Under the pieces are notes generated by a model. The model was not told the origin of the DNA. It was given only the letters and a program-made list of their open reading frames with translations, and did no database searches. DNA of 64,000 bases from Nitrospirota bacterium (GTDB lineage: Bacteria > Nitrospirota > Thermodesulfovibrionia > Thermodesulfovibrionales > Dissulfurispiraceae), in assembly GCA_963784135.1 (NCBI GenBank), contig CAWAQG010000005.1, positions 46,823 to 110,822 of the forward strand. Reading direction: 5' to 3'. Of this stretch, positions 27,275 to 35,957 are shown piece after piece. Made by a program: the position numbers and the translations under genes. Position 1 is the first letter of the stretch, and the number at the start of each line of letters is the position of its first letter.

Positions 27275-28288
27275 GGGGTCAGCCCTCGAACAGTGACAGA
27301 ATATCTTTTTTTTCTTTCTCAAACTGGCGAATTGACTTTCTGTTTCCTTCTATCTTCCCCATCACCCTTCGATATTGATGCGCTATAGCAGAAGCGCCCT
27401 TTCCTCCTATCTTTTCAGCAATCTCCCGGTTATTGGAATGGCTTTTTTCTTTTGCTACACAGACGAACATATCCTGTGCTCCTGAATCACTAAGTCCGTC
27501 AATCCCATAATAATCACACACGGCACGATAAATCTCATTCACTCCAGGCCGGCCGGAAAAGTGACGTTTAGCCGATATATCTCCGAGATTCCCTTTCCTT
27601 TTTAAATTACTTACCACCTTTTGCACAAATGTCTTATTCCCCAGTACCGCCTGTCCAATAATCTTTTCTGCAGGATACTCAGGTGGATTTTCAATTCCAG
27701 CTTCAACAAACTCCCTGTATTTTTTCCAGGCGGTCTTATAGTTAGCGCCATATTCAGACAACAGCCACTCCGTCTGAAGCCACGGGGTTGATTTCTCTTT
27801 TCCAATATACTGTCGGTAGCTGCTCCATTGATATTCCTCCGGAGTTTTGACCATCGCTGCTCTAACTGGGTTAAGGTGTATATACCTGCTCAGCTCAAGC
27901 AGATATCTCTCCTTCTCTACACATAATGATTTGTATCTGCCGGCAAAGACGTGTCCTATGACGCCGCACGACCTCCTCAGATAACTTCCGTACCCTGATC
28001 CTATGTAATGCATTGCCTTTGATAAATTGCCATGAGGCATGGAAATGAGAAGGTGATAATGATTGCTCATGATGCACCAGACATGGATACCTATACCGTA
28101 TCTATCAACTGACCGGCCAAGAATATCCAGGAAGACTTCCTTATCCTCACCCTCACGAAAAATGTAGTCACCACGATTCCCTTTGGAAATAATGTGGTAC
28201 GCTGCACCTTCATATTCAATTCTTAACGGCCTCGCCATAAAAAATGTTACCAGAAAAGATTTGTTCCGTCAAGATTCGAGGGCTGACC
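27275..28288. repeat. Perfect 16-bp inverted repeats GGGGTCAGCCCTCGAA / TTCGAGGGCTGACC(CC) flanking the Y1 transposase gene
   Basis: The left copy is at 27275-27290 and overlaps the gene's stop. The right copy is at 28275-28288 and is completed by CC at 29673-29674 once the IS insertion is removed. Confidence 0.75.
27279..28238 (-). CDS. Y1 HUH transposase (IS200-like / RAYT-like) with C-terminal DnaA-C-like HTH
   Basis: HUH motif SNHYHLLI and catalytic Tyr region LSRYIHLNPVRA. The C-terminal SNNREIAEKIGGKGASAIAHQYRRV resembles the DnaA domain IV HTH. Confidence 0.8.
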   Translation of the reverse strand: MARPLRIEYEGAAYHIISKGNRGDYIFREGEDKEVFLDILGRSVDRYGIGIHVWCIMSNHYHLLISMPHGNLSKAMHYIGSGYGSYLRRSCGVIGHVFAGRYKSLCVEKERYLLELSRYIHLNPVRAAMVKTPEEYQWSSYRQYIGKEKSTPWLQTEWLLSEYGANYKTAWKKYREFVEAGIENPPEYPAEKIIGQAVLGNKTFVQKVVSNLKRKGNLGDISAKRHFSGRPGVNEIYRAVCDYYGIDGLSDSGAQDMFVCVAKEKSHSNNREIAEKIGGKGASAIAHQYRRVMGKIEGNRKSIRQFEKEKKDILSLFEG

Positions 28289-29655
28289 TGTGGCGAGCAG
28301 ATAAACTGTCCGTATCTGTAGCACATAAACTGTCCGGATAAAATATATGGATAGCAAGGGGGCTATCCATGAAACGTTCGGCAGTGTTGCAGGAGGTACG
28401 GAAGATGAGATTTGAAGAAAGCTATGAGGGTTGGATACGAGGTCGATTAACGCAGGAAGAAGCAGCAACGCTTCTGGGTGTGTGCGATAGGACATTTAGA
28501 AGATATATGTTGAGGTATGAAGATACGGGCCTGGAGGGCCTTATAGATAAGCGTTTAGGGCAAATATCTCATAAACGTGCGCCTGTTGATGAAGTAGTCG
28601 CACTATCGGATCTTTATAGCAATCGCTTTTGTGGTTTCAATGTCAAACATTTTTATAGCTGGTACCGGCGTGCTTATCAAGGGACCAGAAGCTACACATG
28701 GGTCAAGAACACCCTCCAGGAAAAGGGATTGGTACCGAAGGCAGCACAGAAAGGTACACACAGGAAAAAGCGTACAAGGGCACCTTATACCGGTATGATG
28801 CTGCACCAGGATGGTTCCAAACATCAGTGGGTTGAAGGAAAATACTGGGATCTAATCGTAACTATGGATGATGCCACGAGTGAACACTACTCGATGTTTT
28901 TTGTGCAGGAGGAAGGCACTCAAAGCAGCTTTCAAGGGGTAAAAGAAGTTATTGAGCAACACGGATTGTTTGCTTCGTTGTATACGGATCGTGGAAGTCA
29001 CTACTGGCATACACCTGAGGCCGGAGGGAAAGTGGACAAATCAAATCTTACCCAGTTCGGTCGTGCAATGAGCCAACTTGGAATTAAGATGATTGCTGCG
29101 TATTCTCCTGAGGCCAGGGGTCGTTCTGAGCGAGCCTTCGAAACTCATCAAGACCGCCTCGTCAAGGAGCTTGCAATGGCGGGCATTACTGAGATGAAGC
29201 AGGCCAATGATTATCTTGCCAGTACTTATATGCCAGCCCATAATGCCGAGTTCACTGTTGTCCCGCAGGAACCACAGAGCGTATTCGTGACTTGGGCAGG
29301 CACTGCCTTGGAAGACATCCTATGCGAACAGTATGACCGCACCGTAGGCAACGACAACTGTGTAAAGTTCGATGGGCTAAAACTTCAGATCCCGCCAAAT
29401 CAATATCGCTGCCACTACGTTAAGGTCGAAGTTCGCGTCCATCGTTATCCGGATGGTGGCCTTGCTATATTCCATGGACCGAGAAAACTGGCGGTCTTTG
29501 ACCCTAAAGGAAAGGAGATTGCAAAGTGCTCACATGCAGCGGCATGAGACTCAATAAAACTGACATCGGTGGCCTGCCATGTTCCATGCGCAGCCACCCT
29601 GCAGAACCGGACAGTTTATTTGCTCTAAAACCGGACAACTCTATTTGTTGACAAC
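28289..29655 (+). mobile_element. IS element (ISNCY/IS1202-group-like), copy 2, 1367 bp, flanked by a 17-bp direct repeat
   Basis: Same ends as copy 1 (TGTGGCGAGCAG... / ...CTATTTGTTGACAAC). AGATTCGAGGGCTGACC is present at 28272-28288 and 29656-29672. Confidence 0.85.
28369..29547 (+). CDS. DDE (rve) transposase, paralogue of 4030-5208
   Basis: 392 aa, colinear with copy 1 and roughly 85-90 percent identical by eye. Confidence 0.85.
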   Translation: MKRSAVLQEVRKMRFEESYEGWIRGRLTQEEAATLLGVCDRTFRRYMLRYEDTGLEGLIDKRLGQISHKRAPVDEVVALSDLYSNRFCGFNVKHFYSWYRRAYQGTRSYTWVKNTLQEKGLVPKAAQKGTHRKKRTRAPYTGMMLHQDGSKHQWVEGKYWDLIVTMDDATSEHYSMFFVQEEGTQSSFQGVKEVIEQHGLFASLYTDRGSHYWHTPEAGGKVDKSNLTQFGRAMSQLGIKMIAAYSPEARGRSERAFETHQDRLVKELAMAGITEMKQANDYLASTYMPAHNAEFTVVPQEPQSVFVTWAGTALEDILCEQYDRTVGNDNCVKFDGLKLQIPPNQYRCHYVKVEVRVHRYPDGGLAIFHGPRKLAVFDPKGKEIAKCSHAAA

Positions 29656-29810
29656 AGATTCGAGGGCTGACCCCATTAATCCTGGCTTGCTCGATAGTCT
29701 TATAAACGACCAGGCACGGCATGCTTTTTTTTGGAGCAAATGATAATATTAACGACGGACTCCATTACTGGGACGGGACAGATGAACCAATCAATATAAA
29801 GGAGATATGT

Positions 29811-30065
29811 ATGACCAAAGAAACAGGCGTGATTGATCCAGAGAAGAGCCCATTTGCTCGACAATATTGGATTGACCAGGGACACAGCTTCACGGAGCAT
29901 CGAAAGGCGCAGTTAAAAAACGGAAGGCTAATTGGGAAGACCGTTTCTTATATTATGAAACTACCCAATAAGAACACAGGTCAATATGTTGCGTTTGTTG
30001 CCGTGCGATGGGGGTTTGCCAAGGTGTTGGAAGGCCGTTTAGTAGCAAAGAACCCAAATGCTTAA
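29811..30065 (+). CDS. Hypothetical protein
   Basis: 84 aa from the ATG preceded by AAGGAG. No recognisable motif. Confidence 0.35.
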   Translation: MTKETGVIDPEKSPFARQYWIDQGHSFTEHRKAQLKNGRLIGKTVSYIMKLPNKNTGQYVAFVAVRWGFAKVLEGRLVAKNPNA

Positions 30066-30494
30066 AAAATACTGAAAAATATAAAAAAGAAAGAGGAAGA
30101 CATCTAACTGTTCGTCTTAAAACCTGCCTACAATAATGGAAGGCTATGGAGATATTGATATGAACAAGTCAATAGTTGGTTTCCTGATTGTTTTAATCAG
30201 TGTGGGTATTCTAACTTGCCTAATTTCTTGCGATGTTAACAATAAAAGTAGTAACCAACCGTCATCTCAAACAGACACGCCTCCAGCACAAACCGATAAT
30301 GAGGTAAAGCAACAGTCAAGTTGTACTGAAATTGATAAGCAGTTATTTGATGCATTAGATAAGGGACAAATGACAAGGATTAGGGAATTGCTTGAAGCTG
30401 GTGCAAATGTTAATGCACATTGTTCTGAACTTCCCCCGGAATAGCGGACACACCGAAAGGTTAGGTTAAAATAAATAACCTACGGAGGTGTGAG

Positions 30495-30803
30495 ATGCAA
30501 GACAGCAATGGTAGTGGCCGGAAGAAGTATGACAAGGAGTTCAAAGCAGAGGCAGTACGAATGATAACCGAGGGAGGCAGGACAGTAGCAGATGTTGCCC
30601 GCAGCCTTGGGATTCACGAGAATCAGTTGCACAGGTGGAAACGTGAGTATGAGGACGATCCTGGCAGCAGCTTTCCGGGAAAAGGTCGCCTAAAGCCTCA
30701 GGATGAAGAGATGAGGCGGCTTCAAAAGGAAAACGCAAACCTTAAAGAGGAGCGTGACATACTAAAAAAAGCGTTGGCCATCTTCTCAAGACACCCGAAA
30801 TGA
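30495..30803 (+). CDS. IS3 OrfA (HTH + leucine zipper)
   Basis: KKYDKEFKAEAVRMITEGGRTVADVARSLGIHENQLHRWKRE is typical IS3 InsN/OrfA. Confidence 0.9.
   Translation: MQDSNGSGRKKYDKEFKAEAVRMITEGGRTVADVARSLGIHENQLHRWKREYEDDPGSSFPGKGRLKPQDEEMRRLQKENANLKEERDILKKALAIFSRHPK
30764..30771 (+). promoter_or_regulatory. Programmed -1 frameshift slippery site A7G in the IS3 orfA/orfB overlap
   Basis: ctAAAAAAAGcg lies just upstream of the orfA stop, the standard IS3 position. Confidence 0.7.
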
Positions 30804-31663
30804 AATATTGCTTTATGGACCGGTATCGCTCCGAATTCAGGGTGATGAAGATGTGCCGAGCATTGGGAGTATCACGGAGCGGCTATTACGGGTGGAAGAA
30901 GCAGCCACAAGGAAAGAGACGAAAGGATGAGGAAAGATTGCTTATGGAGATAAAGGAATCATACCGGAAGAGCAAAGGCAGTTATGGAAGCCCAAGGATT
31001 GCCGATGCTCTCCGTGATAAGGGATTGTGTTGTGGCAAGAACCGGGTCGCCAGGATAATGAAAGTTAATGGTATCAAGGCAAAGGCAGCGAAGAAGTTCA
31101 AGGCCACAACGAATTCCAAACACAATCTGCCGGTGGCGGAGAACCTGTTGAAACAGGACTTCACAGCAGCGAGTCCCAATGCAGTATGGGTGTCAGACAT
31201 AACGTATGTTTCAACCAATGAGGGATGGCTGTACCTGGCGGTGATTATTGATTTGTATTCAAGGAAGGTAGTAGGCTGGGCCATGAGCAACCGACTGACA
31301 GCAGACTTTGTAATCAGGGCACTGTATCAGGCCATAGGCAGGCGTAGACCTCCTGCTGGCTGCATCTTTCATTCAGACAGGGGAGTGCAGTATGCCTGTA
31401 AAGATTTCCGGAAAGTCCTGGAGCATTATAAGTTCCGCCAGAGCATGAGCAAGAAAGGCGATTGCTATGATAATGCTGTAGCAGAGAGTTTCTTTCACAC
31501 ATTAAAAGTGGAGCATGTGTATCAGCACAGGTATGCAACAAGGGCAGAGGCACGGCAGAGTATTTTTGAATATGTCGAAATGTTTTATAATCGTCAGAGG
31601 AAGCATTCAGCACTGGGCTATCGTTCTCCGGTATCCTTTGAGCTGGATGCAGTAGCAGCCTAA
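30800..31663 (+). CDS. IS3 OrfB (DDE integrase core), expressed as an OrfAB fusion by -1 frameshift
   Basis: WVSDITYV, HSDRGVQY and the DNAVAESFF...E DDE(35)E pattern. Confidence 0.9.
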   Translation: MKYCFMDRYRSEFRVMKMCRALGVSRSGYYGWKKQPQGKRRKDEERLLMEIKESYRKSKGSYGSPRIADALRDKGLCCGKNRVARIMKVNGIKAKAAKKFKATTNSKHNLPVAENLLKQDFTAASPNAVWVSDITYVSTNEGWLYLAVIIDLYSRKVVGWAMSNRLTADFVIRALYQAIGRRRPPAGCIFHSDRGVQYACKDFRKVLEHYKFRQSMSKKGDCYDNAVAESFFHTLKVEHVYQHRYATRAEARQSIFEYVEMFYNRQRKHSALGYRSPVSFELDAVAA

Positions 31664-32347
31664 CCTAACTCGGTGTCCACTGAACCGGGGGAAGATCAGT
31701 TCTTATGGTTTCGAAGAAACACCTATTTCTCCTTTGATGTATGCATCATTGAATCCTCCTTATCGGTCGGATTCGTCTGTAGATATCGTAAAACTACTTC
31801 TGGCTAAAGGAGCCAATCTTAACGAAAGAGATGAAGATGGCGCAACCCCATTAATTAGGGCATCACACCACCGACAACTGTTTGGGGCCGATGTTATGAC
31901 GACATTAATAAAGGCTGGGGCTGATGTAAATGCGAGTGAGCGTGATGGGACGACAGCGTTAATGAGAGCAGCAACCGGTTTGAAAGGTCCGTCATCCGAA
32001 GCGGTTAAAGTCCTTTTAGATAATAGAGCTAATGTAAACGCTCAAGATGCTAAGGGAAACACGGCATTAATCTTGTCTTTGAAGCAATGCCAGGATTTCG
32101 ATGCTATTAACGAACTAATAAGTCACGGTGCTGATGTTACCATAAAAAACAAATATGGCGAGAGTGCTTTTGGTTTTGCTTCAGATGAAAAAATTATTAA
32201 ACTAATGCAAACAAGGAAATAGTGACTTTCCAATAGATAGCATGCCGGGATAATCTTTTGTCAGTAATCAAATCTACTGATACTTTACTGACACGGTTTT
32301 GGAAGGCTTGCGATGAGAAAAGGCTTATATTTCAAGGAAATAAAAAA

Positions 32348-32431
32348 TGCCGAAGGCGGGACTCGAACCCGCACGGCCTTGCGACCACTAGACCCTGAAC
32401 CTAGCGCGTCTGCCAGTTCCGCCACTTCGGC
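32348..32431 (-). tRNA. tRNA-Leu (anticodon CAG), class II with long variable arm, no encoded CCA
   Basis: Reverse complement is GCCGAAGTGGCGGAACTGGCAGACGCGCTAGGTTCAGGGTCTAGTGGTCGCAAGGCCGTGCGGGTTCGAGTCCCGCCTTCGGCA. It has a 7-bp acceptor stem, the T arm GCGGG-TTCGAGT-CCCGC, and the anticodon loop TTCAGGG. Confidence 0.9.
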
Positions 32432-32628
32432 AACTTTAAAAACCATGAGGCGTGAAGAGTAATGCGTGATGTGTAAACGCATAACGGTTACGCATTATGA
32501 TTTTTTATTATAGCAGGAGTAACACTGTACGCACAATGGTGTTGACCCACTAACCACGCATTACGCTTCACGGCATTATGATATGTTAAAATAAAATTGC
32601 TTAAAACTATTATAAAGGAAAGGGAGTT

Positions 32629-34314
32629 ATGGAAACACCGGCAGCGGCATCTAATTTCATCCGCACCATTGCAGCTGAAGATATGAAGACCGGAAAGTTC
32701 GGCGGACGGCTTATGACACGCTTTCCGCCGGAGCCGAACGGATACCTGCATATTGGGCATGCCAAATCAATCTGCCTCAATTTCGGCCTTGCCCAGGAGT
32801 TCGGCGGCATTTGCAATTTTCGTTTTGATGATACGAACCCGAGCAAGGAGGAGGTCGAGTATGTTGATTCGATCCAGGAGGATGTCCGCTGGCTCGGGTT
32901 CGACTGGGGAGACCGTCTCTACTATGCATCCGACTATTTCGATAAGCTCTATGATTATGCGGTACAGCTAATAAGAAAGGGCAAGGCGTACGTTTGTGAC
33001 TTGAGCGCCGAGCAAATACGGGAATTCCGCGGTACCCTGACGGCCCCCGGCAAGGATAGCCCCTACCGTAACCGCTCTATAGATGAAAACCTGGATCTTT
33101 TCGGGCGTATGAGGGCAGGTGAGTTTGAGGACGGAGCCCGCGTATTAAGGGCAAAGATCGACATGGCTTCCGGCAACATCAATATGAGAGACCCTGTAAT
33201 GTACAGGATAAAGAAAGAGTCTCACCACCGGACGGGCGACAAATGGTGCATCTATCCCATGTACGACTATGCCCACGGCATTTCCGACTCCATCGAAGGG
33301 GTGACCCACTCCATCTGCACCATGGAATACGAAGACCATAGGCCGCTTTACGACTGGTTTATAGATGAACTGAATATCTACCACCCGCAGCAGATCGAAT
33401 TCGCCCGTCTCAACCTGAGCTACACGGTACTGAGCAAGCGCAGACTCCTGAAATTGGTGAACGGAGGGTTTGTGGCGGGATGGAACGATCCGCGTATGCC
33501 GACCCTTGCAGGCATCCGCAGACGCGGATACACACCCGAGTCCATAAGGAATTTCTGCGAGCGTATCGGTGTCGGCAAAAGGGAGAGCACGGCTGCCCTC
33601 GAGCTGTTGGAATTCTGCGTCAGGGAAGACCTGAACAAGCGCGCTCCCAGGGTAATGGCGGTGCTGCGTCCTTTAAAAGTGGTCATCGATAACTATAACG
33701 CAGGAGAGGTGGAATACCTGGACGCGGTAAACAACCCGGAAGACCCCAACGCGGGTGCGCGTAAAGTGCCTTTCGCACGGGAACTCTACATTGAGCGGGA
33801 GGATTTTATGGAAGACCCGCCCAAACAATTTTTCCGTCTTGCGCCCGGCCGTGAAGTGCGGCTGCGGTATGCCTATTTTGTGAAGTGCGTTGATGTGAAG
33901 AAGGATGCCGGGGGCGAGCTCACGGAAATTCATTGCACATACGACCCGGCCACCCGCGGCGGCGATGCCCCGGACGGGCGCAAAGTCAAGGCAACGCTGC
34001 ACTGGGTTTCCGCTTCGCACTCATTGGAGGCTGAGGTACGCCTCTACAATACGCTCTTCACAAAAGAAGACCCGAATGACGTTGAAGAGGGCAAGGAATT
34101 TACCGATTACTTAAATCCGAAGTCGCTGGAGGTGCTCTCGTCGTGCCGGGTGGAGCCGGGACTGAAAAATGCAGCGCCGGGAAGCAGACACCAGTTTGAG
34201 AGAATGGGCTATTTCTGCGTTGATTCCGCGGATTCCACTCCTGAAAAGCTGGTCTTTAACCGGACCGTTACCCTGAAGGATGAATGGGCAAAGATACAAA
34301 AAGCCAGGCAATAG
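32629..34314 (+). CDS. glnS: Glutaminyl-tRNA synthetase
   Basis: HIGHAKS (HIGH) and VLSKRRL (KMSKS-type) motifs; RFDDTNP block; 561 aa. Confidence 0.9.
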   Translation: METPAAASNFIRTIAAEDMKTGKFGGRLMTRFPPEPNGYLHIGHAKSICLNFGLAQEFGGICNFRFDDTNPSKEEVEYVDSIQEDVRWLGFDWGDRLYYASDYFDKLYDYAVQLIRKGKAYVCDLSAEQIREFRGTLTAPGKDSPYRNRSIDENLDLFGRMRAGEFEDGARVLRAKIDMASGNINMRDPVMYRIKKESHHRTGDKWCIYPMYDYAHGISDSIEGVTHSICTMEYEDHRPLYDWFIDELNIYHPQQIEFARLNLSYTVLSKRRLLKLVNGGFVAGWNDPRMPTLAGIRRRGYTPESIRNFCERIGVGKRESTAALELLEFCVREDLNKRAPRVMAVLRPLKVVIDNYNAGEVEYLDAVNNPEDPNAGARKVPFARELYIEREDFMEDPPKQFFRLAPGREVRLRYAYFVKCVDVKKDAGGELTEIHCTYDPATRGGDAPDGRKVKATLHWVSASHSLEAEVRLYNTLFTKEDPNDVEEGKEFTDYLNPKSLEVLSSCRVEPGLKNAAPGSRHQFERMGYFCVDSADSTPEKLVFNRTVTLKDEWAKIQKARQ

Positions 34315-34385
34315 GCAATGGGCTATAGGAAAAACAAAAAAGTCTGAGCACGTAATGGTCATTCCCGCGAAGCTGGAATTGATGC

Positions 34386-35798
34386 CTATTGTCTATCGTC
34401 TATGACCTGCATCAATCTCTTTAACACTTTTTCTTTTCCGACAAGTTCCATAACTTCAAATATACCGGGGCTTGCAGTGGTGCCGGTGATCGCAACGCGG
34501 GCAGGCTGGGCAATGGCGCCGAGTTTCAACTCATGCCGTTCAGCCAGGGACATGAATGCTTTTTCAATTTCCGGTGCAGTGAAGTCAGCAACACCGGAAA
34601 GCAGTTCATGCAACTCTGAAAGCAGCTGAATATTTTCGGGCTTGAGGAATTTTTCCCGTGCTTTCGGATCGATCTCGATGGAGTCAAGAATATAATAACG
34701 CAGAGAATGGGCGAGCTCGACCAGCGTGCGTGACCTCTCTTTCAGAGATAGCACTGCTTTTGAAAGCCATTGCATGTCAAGCTGCCCGCCCCCGGGAACA
34801 ATGCCTTCACTTATCAGGAACGGCATTACCGCCTCTGCAAGAGCTTCCGGCGTCGAGCTGCTTATATACTGGCTGTTGAGCCAGAGCAGTTTTTCAGGAT
34901 TGAAGACCGCCGCAGATTTACCCACGCTCTCAAGCGAGAAGCAGTTGACCAGTTCTTCCCGTGTAAATACTTCCTGGTCGCCGTAAGCCCAGCCCAGCCT
35001 GACCAGATAATTTACCAGTGCATCAGGAAGATAGCCCATGTCCCGATAAGCCATCACCGATGTCGCGCCGTGACGCTTGCTTAATCTGGCCTTGTCTGCG
35101 CCGAGAATCATCGGCAAGTGGGCAAACTCCGGGGCCTCCCATCCGAACGCTTTGTATATGTGTATCTGTTTCGGAGTATTGTTCACATGATCATCGCCCC
35201 TGATGACGTGAGTTATTTGCATATCAATATCATCGACAACCACCACAAAATTATACGTCGGGGTCCCATCCGAGCGCAGAATAACCATGTCTTCCAGTAT
35301 ATTATTTTCAAATTCGATCGGCCCTTTTATCAGATCATTTACTATAGTCCTTCCCTCCTGGGGCATCATGAACCTCACAGCGGCAGCCCTGCCGGGGACC
35401 GGCTCTTTAAGACAGCGGCATCTATTGTCGTATTTGGGTGTCCTGCCCTGTGCAAGTGCTTCCTTCCGTCTCTGTTCGAGTTCTTCGGGGGTACAGTAGC
35501 AATAATATGCCTTCCCCGCTTTCAGCAGCTTGTCGACATAGTTACGGTAGGTGTCGAATCTGGTGGTCTGGCGGTAGGGCCCCTCATCCCAATCGAGTCC
35601 CAGCCACTTCATACCTTCTATAATGGCCTCTATATACTCATCGGTGGAGCGGCTTGTGTCGGTATCCTCGATCCTCAGGACAAACGTGCCCTTGTGGCTC
35701 CTGGCGAACAGCCAGTTAAAAAGAGCTGTCCTGGCGCCGCCGATGTGCAGATGCCCTGTCGGACTCGGCGCAAATCGTACCTTTACTGGTCTGTCCAA
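34386..35798 (-). CDS. gltX: Glutamyl-tRNA synthetase
   Basis: RFAPSPTGHLHIGGARTALFNW and KLSKRHG motifs; 470 aa. Confidence 0.9.
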   Translation of the reverse strand: MDRPVKVRFAPSPTGHLHIGGARTALFNWLFARSHKGTFVLRIEDTDTSRSTDEYIEAIIEGMKWLGLDWDEGPYRQTTRFDTYRNYVDKLLKAGKAYYCYCTPEELEQRRKEALAQGRTPKYDNRCRCLKEPVPGRAAAVRFMMPQEGRTIVNDLIKGPIEFENNILEDMVILRSDGTPTYNFVVVVDDIDMQITHVIRGDDHVNNTPKQIHIYKAFGWEAPEFAHLPMILGADKARLSKRHGATSVMAYRDMGYLPDALVNYLVRLGWAYGDQEVFTREELVNCFSLESVGKSAAVFNPEKLLWLNSQYISSSTPEALAEAVMPFLISEGIVPGGGQLDMQWLSKAVLSLKERSRTLVELAHSLRYYILDSIEIDPKAREKFLKPENIQLLSELHELLSGVADFTAPEIEKAFMSLAERHELKLGAIAQPARVAITGTTASPGIFEVMELVGKEKVLKRLMQVIDDRQ

Positions 35799-35957
35799 TC
35801 AAACCTCCAGAAATGAATACAGTAAGATTTTAATAATACGTTATACAGAGCATATGATTCAAGGGCGCCCGGGCCAAATAATGACAAATAATTTCTTATC
35901 CTGTAAAATTCTGTAGGCGCCTTATCAATTTTTACAAGCCGCGATGGGAAGGTTCTT

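Larger units (their letters stand above)
30426..31698 (+). mobile_element. IS3-family insertion sequence, 1273 bp
   Basis: Terminal inverted repeats TGAACTTCCCCCGG...GGACAC / TGATCTTCCCCCGG...GGACAC. GTTC is duplicated at 30422-30425 and 31699-31702. orfA/orfB arrangement. Confidence 0.9.
30160..32222 (+). pseudogene. Ankyrin-repeat lipoprotein gene disrupted by an IS3 insertion
   Basis: The N-terminal part has a lipobox (LTCLISC) and the first ANK repeat (ELLEAGANVNAH). Deleting 30426-31702 joins it in frame to the downstream ANK repeats (...GANVNAHCSYGFEETPISPLMYAS...LLAKGANLNERDEDGATPL...). Confidence 0.8.

Noticed and set aside
26900-32431. A tRNA-Leu-associated genomic island (RAYT-like gene, two IS elements, ankyrin gene, orphan small proteins at the tRNA 3' side).
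   Set aside because: No integrase gene is present, and I could find no direct repeat of the tRNA 3' end in the window. It is better described as an IS-accumulating patch.
32285-32760. The minus-strand ORFs 32285-32482 and 32488-32760.
   Set aside because: The first overlaps the tRNA-Leu gene. The second overlaps the glnS start and leader repeats. Neither has any supporting features.
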